Shown here in pieces: positions 58,045 to 64,000 of a stretch of 64,000 nt of DNA (position 1 is its first letter; the number at the start of each line of letters is the position of its first letter). Both the position numbers and the translations under genes were made by a program. The stretch lies in assembly GCA_011605725.1 (NCBI GenBank), contig JAAOZP010000019.1:1123-65122 (forward strand), read 5' to 3'. Source of the stretch: Nitrososphaerota archaeon. Lineage in GTDB: Archaea > Thermoproteota > EX4484-205 > JAAOZP01. The notes under the pieces are model-generated. The model worked only from the letters and a program-made list of their open reading frames with translations, was not told the DNA's origin and did not search any database.

Positions 58045-58748
58045 CTTCTCCCCTTCAACTCTAATACTCCGCTGCTCGTACCTACATAAGCATAGCTTAC
58101 GACGCCTTTAAAGATACCGTTCTCCAGAATACCCGGGGTGTTTTTGAAGAAATCATCCATCCAGTCTAGACTACGGTTCTCAGGCAGAGGCACATCGATA
58201 ATAGCGTTTCCAGAATCCGTTATCACTGGCCCCACCTTACCGCTTCCAGTCCTGATTTTCACGTTCACTCCAAGAGCTTTTTCAACCCTTTTTTTAACTA
58301 GTAGAGCCAGGTTTTGAAGAACCTCCACTGGTATTGGGAACCCCGGGGGAACCTTATCAACAATCTTCCTCTCATCCAGAACCAGAATCATCTTTCTCGA
58401 AACCGAGCTCAAAACCTTCTCGAGAAGCATTGCACCTCCCCCGCCTTTTATTGCAGTCAACGATTCTCTTTCCAGAATGTCTGCACTATCTATAGTAACA
58501 TCCACATACTCTATCTGGTTGAAACTGGCGGCTTCCAACCCCTCCTCGAGAATCTTAAACTCTATCTGGCGGGAAGACGGGACGAGACGCACATCCTTAA
58601 TGACACCAGTCCTGATCCTCTCAGCTAGAAGGGGAAAGAAAACATCCCCCATGGTGCTTCCGGAGCCAAGCCCGATAATCATCCCGGATTCAACATGGGT
58701 CAGAGCCTTCTCAGCAGCCTGTCTCCTCAGATCAGTGAGGCTTCTCAT
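58041..58748 (-). CDS. rpiA: Ribose-5-phosphate isomerase A
   Basis: IGLGSGST, IDSAD, IKGGGGAMLLEK and GPVITDSGN motifs. Confidence 0.93.
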   Translation of the reverse strand: MRSLTDLRRQAAEKALTHVESGMIIGLGSGSTMGDVFFPLLAERIRTGVIKDVRLVPSSRQIEFKILEEGLEAASFNQIEYVDVTIDSADILERESLTAIKGGGGAMLLEKVLSSVSRKMILVLDERKIVDKVPPGFPIPVEVLQNLALLVKKRVEKALGVNVKIRTGSGKVGPVITDSGNAIIDVPLPENRSLDWMDDFFKNTPGILENGIFKGVVSYAYVGTSSGVLELKGRR

Positions 58749-58752
58749 TTCT

Positions 58753-59160
58753 TCAAACCAACCGACTCAGATTGTTCAGAGTTTCCCTAGCAACGCGGTA
58801 AGCCCTGTTCAATTCCTCCTCAAGCTTCGAAAAGTCGTCGAGGACGAAGTCAGACCCTCCGGGAGCATGCCTACCGCCACCGTTTAAAACAGCAGGAACC
58901 GTTGGAGGCTTAAAATCTAAACCGTGTTTCTGAGCAAGAATAATGCTCCTCTTAACCATTTCAAGCCTAAGCGTTTTAAGAAGACTCTCCAGCTTCTCAA
59001 CACTAGTATCTGGATTACTGCCGCCATCGTTTTCCAGCTCGCCAATCCTCTTCCTAACGGTTTTAATCATCTCCATTATTTCGAGAACTTCGGCGACAAG
59101 GGTCTCAGACTCCTGAGCCTCTTCGCCCTTTGCATCTTGTACAAGCATTTTTAGCATCAT
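58753..59160 (-). CDS. Hypothetical coiled-coil protein heading the rpiA-cdvB operon
   Basis: 135-aa ORF with heptad repeats, 4 bp upstream of rpiA. Confidence 0.6.
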   Translation of the reverse strand: MMLKMLVQDAKGEEAQESETLVAEVLEIMEMIKTVRKRIGELENDGGSNPDTSVEKLESLLKTLRLEMVKRSIILAQKHGLDFKPPTVPAVLNGGGRHAPGGSDFVLDDFSKLEEELNRAYRVARETLNNLSRLV

Positions 59161-59435
59161 TTCTACTGCAGAGACTGACTTATATGGCTTTTTATATTGG
59201 TTTCAATACAATCTTCTTTACTAGCTTATTCAGAAAACTTTTAAAGTACCGTTAAGGGATGGTAAAAAGTAAAAACCCATTACGTTGAAAAGCCCCCGGA
59301 GGCAGTGGCTCAGCAAAATAAGCAAACATGATGTCTATGAGGGCTGAACCCTGAAAAAGCTTAAAACAGCTTGAAAACAAGATTATTACGGCGTGCCAAA
59401 AGCTTAAAATCCATATAATAAGTAAAATCTTGCGC

Positions 59436-59525
59436 GCCCTAGTAGCTCAGTGGTTAGAGCGCCTCCTTGGTAATGTGGAAGAACGCCGATGGAGGAGGCC
59501 GTGGGTTCAAATCCCACCTAGGGCT
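59436..59525 (+). tRNA. tRNA-Thr(GGT) with a 17-nt intron (38/39 at 59474-59490, or 37/38)
   Basis: GCCCTAG/CTAGGGC acceptor stem, CCTCC/GGAGG anticodon stem, TTCAAAT T-loop. Confidence 0.93.
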
Positions 59526-59789
59526 TTTCAACCGGTTTAAGCTCGAACTATAGCGCGCGGACCTCGTCAAAATGTTACTCGCAAAAAGTCTGGCAAATAA
59601 AGATTCTATCTACATCATATGTAATCTGGAAAAGAGGTTTGAGGAATTATTGGAGAAGATTATTTGCGCGCGCTAAATGTCTACCTCTCCAACTTTAAGC
59701 TCGTCAACACTTCTCCCCAACTTATAGCCCGTGATGCGTTTCAGCGCGCGCTACCTCCGACAGGCGTGCCAAACCATTCTAAATATGTT

Positions 59790-60319
59790 GTGCGTGGGCT
59801 GAAGATGGTACCATATACTTTTTCAGTAGCGATAAATCAAGTATCAGCCATTATTTTTACGCTTTAAATCCGGATGGAACGTTGAAATGGGGATTCAAAA
59901 TCGAAAACAAGAATACGACCAGTATTAAAACTCCAGTTTTCTCTAACGACACGATATACGTCGCATTCTACGAGATGGTGTTTAATGAAAGCATTATCCA
60001 AGCCTTAACCCGCAACGGAGATTTAAAATGGAGCTTCAGGTTGGAGGGCAGGATAGAAACAAGTCCAACCATTGGTTACGATGGAACACTATACTTTACA
60101 TGCAGCGATTCCCACCTTTACGCATTAGGCATCGATGGAAACCTGAAGTGGAAATTCAAGGCGGAGGGAAGGATCGTAATAAGCCCCGTGATAATAGACG
60201 CGGATGGAACAATATACCTGCAAACCATCGAGCATCTCCCAGGTCTCCCCACAGTCTTCACGAATCACTGTAAATCTCGACGGAAGCCTAAAATGGAGAA
60301 GAGAACAAGGAAAGTATGA
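59790..60319 (+). pseudogene. PQQ-like beta-propeller repeat protein fragment (frameshifted/truncated)
   Basis: YALNPDGTLKW, NGDLKWSF, DGTLYF and DGNLKWKF repeats between junctions. Confidence 0.7.
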
Positions 60320-60364
60320 ACTTATAAGTGTGAAAGAGGGCTTCTTGGTCTAAAGCGCACGCTA

Positions 60365-60514
60365 TTTTTATTAATCGAAGCTTCTTATGGTATTGGCGAC
60401 ATGGTAGTGGGTGGTAGAGTGGAGCCAGGTGACTACGTTGTTGACAGAGAAACTTTAGAGATAGTAGAAAGAAAGATCGGAAGCAAAAAAATAATGACTG
60501 CTATCGAGGGCGAA
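60365..60514 (+). pseudogene. PEP synthase / PPDK nucleotide-binding domain fragment
   Basis: IEASYGIGDMVVGGRVEPGDYVVD...RKIGSKK, bounded by GCGC junctions. Confidence 0.7.
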
Positions 60515-60537
60515 GTGCGCGCTAAAGGTGGTATAGA

Positions 60538-60890
60538 GTGAATGGAATGGTTGTGAAATTCTTGGATGAAATAAAAGGATCAGAGGTTCCAGAACTTGAA
60601 AGTAAGAATTCTCCTGAAGATGAAAATATGCACATCCCTGTACTTGAAGTAAAAAATGTCCATAAAAGATTTGGAAGACTTTATGTCTTGAAAGGCGTTG
60701 ATTTTAAAGTTAATAGAGGAGAAGTTGTTGGCATAACAGGAGAAAATGGCTCAGGGAAGAGTACTTTGCTCAAAATTATTGTAGGTCTACTTTCCTGCGA
60801 TCAAGGTAAGGTGCGTTTGCGTGGAGCCTTCGGTTATTGTCCTCAAGATCTCTTGCTTTTCGATGACCTTACTATGGAAGAGAACATCGC
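60538..60890 (+). pseudogene. ABC ATPase N-terminal fragment
   Basis: GENGSGKST and the Q-loop YCPQ; cut at CGCGCGCGCTA (60888). Confidence 0.8.
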
Positions 60891-60972
60891 GCGCGCTAGG
60901 GATAGAGAAACGAAGAGGAGGAAAATCAGGAGGGGGGGAAGACTTGGGTTTAGTCGTATTCATTCTTTTTCC

Positions 60973-61444
60973 CTATGCAGGCCCGGATATGAATTTAATG
61001 TTGAACGCGTTTGCTGGAGAAATGATGTCCCCGTTCTTTAAGGGTCGTCTACCCCTACCCCTAATATCCTCACCATTCAGGTATGTTCCATTGGTGCTGC
61101 CATCATCCCATATAACGAAGGTACCTTGCGCGTAATCGTAGCCGATTGTGAATTGCGCTTTAGCCCCTGGTCCCTCTCTCCTACTTATTGTTGCAAGCAG
61201 GTCGCTCGAAACGATTCCAACAAAGTCCTCTCTCCCAAACCTTTGAGGAAGAGTGCTGACGGGTATCGTCTTGGAAGGAGTTTGGAGCATTGCTGTTACA
61301 ACTCTTGTTTCTCCGCCCGGGCCTCTAATCATTATGGTTCCTTCTCCCCGCGGTATTACTTGCGTACCTTCTCCCGGAGGAGGTACACGTGGCTGGAGAA
61401 ACAGTGGAAGCTTCGCTTTCATCGGCAGTCCGATGAATACTCTT
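60973..61444 (-). CDS. FHA-domain protein, 5'-truncated
   Basis: FGRED, ISRR and DDGSTNGTYLNG...LKNGDII FHA motifs. Confidence 0.8.
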
Positions 61445-61460
61445 ATAGCGCGCGCGCTAT
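61445..61460. repeat. Full palindromic copy of the recurring junction motif ATAGCGCGCGCGCTAT
   Basis: Partial copies at 347, 1811, 2884, 3007, 32147, 34950, 59551, 59666, 59744, 60355, 60515, 60888, 61705 and 63460. Confidence 0.85.
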
Positions 61461-61712
61461 CTGGCTTTCTTTTTGGTGAGGATCACTAGTAATGGGCGCC
61501 TATACTCTAGTATATACTTGGTGACTTTTTCGGCGGTTTCAATGATGTTGCTCATTTTTCAAACCTCCTTTCGTCCTTTTTAAGAGTTAGTCTCTTTACT
61601 CCCATACAAGGGCATCCTCTTTCTTTTTCACCTTGAGTAACAATTTTCTCTATAATACCCTCTTTTAATGAACTACTTCCATAAGAAAATATGAAATGTA
61701 TTGCAGCGCGCG

Positions 61713-62048
61713 CTAATAAGATAGATGATAAGCTTCAGCAACATCTTTTGCTGCTTCTTTTCTAACGCCAGGGGCCATCTTAGGTGGAGGTATGTACACC
61801 GCGTCAGAAAGCGGGTTTGAAATATCATCCCCACCTATTTCCACATCCCCCATATTAAGGCTTTGATAATTGTTCACGAGCTTTACGAGGAACTGATGAT
61901 AAGCGTGGCTATAAACAAGATTCCGAAATTCTCCAGACTTTTCTCCAGCTTCTTTAGGGTCTAGTAACATCATGTAGAGTGGGACAATTTTCTCTCCTGC
62001 ACAAAAGATAAGCCCCTCTTTACTTAAAGCATGCTCTTCGTCATACAT
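61713..62048 (-). CDS. Hypothetical protein fragment
   Basis: 111-aa ORF ending at the 61705-61715 junction. Confidence 0.4.
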   Translation of the reverse strand: MYDEEHALSKEGLIFCAGEKIVPLYMMLLDPKEAGEKSGEFRNLVYSHAYHQFLVKLVNNYQSLNMGDVEIGGDDISNPLSDAVYIPPPKMAPGVRKEAAKDVAEAYHLSY

Positions 62049-62096
62049 GCCCTGGTTACTCTACTGAAGATGACTTTTAAACTTTTTTTGAAAAAT

Positions 62097-62411
62097 TTAG
62101 CGCTCGTCCTTCCTTACGTACTTTAGGTACATTCTTCTGAAGACGTGCGAAACCAAGGGGCCGAATTCGTCGGGCCAAGCCATTGCGAAAACCTCGCTTA
62201 GAATCTTAGCGTGCGACTCAGGGTTCCCATCGTGTTCGAGTAGGTTTATCCGGGTGTTCTCAGGGTCTAGAACCACCGCGTTAAAGTCTTCAACGTACTC
62301 TCCGTGCCTGTCGAAAACCATTGCGAGGCCCCCGAGCTTCAGGTAGTTTCTCAAAAGGTTTTTGACTAGGGTTGTCTTTCCGGAGTAAGCTTTTAATAAC
62401 ATCGGTATCAT
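62097..62411 (-). pseudogene. HerA/VirB4-like (DUF87) ATPase fragment
   Basis: SGKTTLVKNLL and VFDRHGEY; Walker A is incomplete and the ORF is truncated. Confidence 0.7.
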
Positions 62412-62434
62412 GCATTCTTTCTATAAAATAAGCT

Positions 62435-62809
62435 CTAATATTTCTCTATTATCCTTATGCGTCTATGAGTTACTATTATGAGTTTACCCATATGCTTCGA
62501 TAGATCAAGTTCTCGGATAAATTTGTTCATCGTTTCAGTTAGTTTAATCGGCTTAGGTGGCTTAACACGTAGAATAATTACTGTAAGCCTTCCTTTATAC
62601 AGTTTGTGATAGAGGTATCCGAAGTCTTTGTCAAGCGTCACCAGAATAAGCTTATTGTTCGACGCATACTCGGCTACAACGCTATCTTTAACTCCTTTAA
62701 GCCCGACATCGCTAAGCCTGTAGGCAATAAATCCGGCAAGTCTTATCGTATTTCTAAGTGATACTGGAAGGTTTTCATCAATCAGGAAGGCAATTTTATT
62801 CGGGTGCAA
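62435..62809 (-). CDS. DUF5615 PIN-like toxin (VapC45-like)
   Basis: FLIDENLP, KDSVV, LVTLDKDF and IILR motifs. Confidence 0.88.
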   Translation of the reverse strand: MHPNKIAFLIDENLPVSLRNTIRLAGFIAYRLSDVGLKGVKDSVVAEYASNNKLILVTLDKDFGYLYHKLYKGRLTVIILRVKPPKPIKLTETMNKFIRELDLSKHMGKLIIVTHRRIRIIEKY

Positions 62810-63029
62810 ACAATATCTCTTTCTCCGTCAGCCTCGCCGCGTAGAACAGGGCAGCCTTAATATCCTCTGGGGAGAGCTCAGGATACTCTCTAATTATTTC
62901 CTCTGGCTCCATGCCGCTTGCTAAAAGCTCGAGTATCAGGGCTACTGGAATCCTAGTACCCTTAATAACGGGTTTCCCACCCAGCTTCTCAGCATCAACC
63001 TCAATCCTGTCTAAGAAGGATTCAGCCAT
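62796..63029 (-). CDS. DUF433 antitoxin (VapB45-like)
   Basis: LGGKPVIKGTRIPV...EYPELSPEDIKAAL; overlaps the toxin gene. Confidence 0.92.
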   Translation of the reverse strand: MAESFLDRIEVDAEKLGGKPVIKGTRIPVALILELLASGMEPEEIIREYPELSPEDIKAALFYAARLTEKEILFAPE

Positions 63030-63129
63030 CTTCCATATCCTCTAACAGACAGGAAATACTTAAGCCTTTTAACCAAAAAGGTGTCTAATAGAGCGATAAT
63101 AACCCTATGTGATTAAAAGAAGATTTAGC

Positions 63130-63330
63130 GTCCTGTATGAACCATAACAGGTATCGCTGTCTTCATCCCCGGCAAAAGGACGATTGCTTCCCCTGGTCTA
63201 GCTCCTGCAGCTTTAAGGCCTGCTCCCTGTTCAGGTGCATCGTGTCGATAACCTTTCAACGTCGCTTGAGTACTATGGTCTGAGGTAGACTATTGTTTCG
63301 AAGGAAGGACTTGCCAACCCGCAAATCCCA
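63130..63330 (-). pseudogene. Degraded C-terminal fragment of a HerA/VirB4-like ATPase
   Basis: Broken frame reading MHLNREQALKLQEL / RPGEAIVLLPG. Confidence 0.4.
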
Positions 63331-63736
63331 TTAAGAAATGGTAGCAGTAGACGGTTAAGATCTGGACGGTGTTTAAGATTACTGCTTTTTTAAGGAGAAA
63401 ATGGCATAAATGAGAGGTTTAGCCTGAAATAGTCAGTGAAAAAACCTATTTTTCGTTTTTAGCGCGCGCGGATTTCCTAGTATTCCATAAAAGAGGCTTA
63501 ATCGTAATAGTGGACGTTAAGAGCACTAGGAAGTCTGACGAGTTTCCAGGAGGTTGTTTTGATAGAGCAAGAGATGAATCTTTTTATAAGAAATACTTCC
63601 CCGGGGACTATAGGAATGTTAAATACGGACTGCCGGTCGCTGTATTCATAGATATCAATATCCCTGAGCCGACCGATCCTGAAGAAATCATCAAGGCGGA
63701 GATCGGAGACTTAATTGAGAATCCCTACTACTCTCC

Positions 63737-63970
63737 TTAACTAAGCTTCCATCCCCTTTCTTTCCTCAGCTTCTCCGCCTCCTCACGCGTAAACACGAAG
63801 AAATTAAACTGATCACTAAGACCGTATGAGTAATACTGGTACCCCGTGTCCCTTATTAGCTCGTTTATCTTCCGCACAGCAGGCTCTATGTTGAGAAAAT
63901 CTCCGTCGCAGTAAAAGTCGACGTAGTGCTCCTCCCCCCTGAACTTGAAGAAGACTGTGCAGCGGTCCAC
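63737..63970 (-). CDS. Hypothetical protein, probably 5'-truncated
   Basis: 77-aa ORF near the window edge. Confidence 0.4.
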   Translation of the reverse strand: MDRCTVFFKFRGEEHYVDFYCDGDFLNIEPAVRKINELIRDTGYQYYSYGLSDQFNFFVFTREEAEKLRKERGWKLS

Positions 63971-64000
63971 CTTACCCTCCCCTATGGCGTAATAGCGAAG

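Noticed and set aside
58753-59160. Calling the orphan CdvA
   Set aside because: Too short, with no visible PRC-barrel N-terminus or C-terminal ESCRT-III-binding beta-strand.
1-64000. CRISPR array, cas genes, rRNA, SRP RNA or RNase P RNA
   Set aside because: No regularly spaced direct repeats or recognisable conserved motifs were seen.

Overview
Archaeal DNA with a TACK/Thermoproteota-like gene set. The core (~3.0-59.5 kb) reads as coherent chromosome. It carries an intein-containing RtcB, a Zn-dependent PLC/P1-nuclease-like surface protein, cysteine synthase, several carbohydrate-active proteins, mdh, rps10, mtnP, pckG, HtrA, a BlaI/BlaR-like + ABC module, DNA ligase, an intein-containing class II RNR with cobO, gatCA, an ESCRT-III/Vps4 cluster, four intron-containing tRNAs and a fluoride riboswitch. 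Both ends (1-3.0 kb and 59.5-64 kb) are mosaics of truncated, unrelated fragments joined at a recurring (TA)GCGCGCGC(TA) motif, probably chimeric library or assembly junctions. The top finding is a complete bulge-helix-bulge (BHB) splice motif around a 15-nt mini-intron in the 5' leader of rtcB. Its outer helix pairs the Shine-Dalgarno with a copy of the 16S anti-SD, suggesting a splicing-dependent autoregulatory switch for the tRNA ligase. The second is a tRNA-Ala-adjacent operon encoding a TGT/DUF4417-like base-exchange-fold protein, a free-standing LAGLIDADG protein and an orphan. All calls come from reading motifs by eye; no searches were run.
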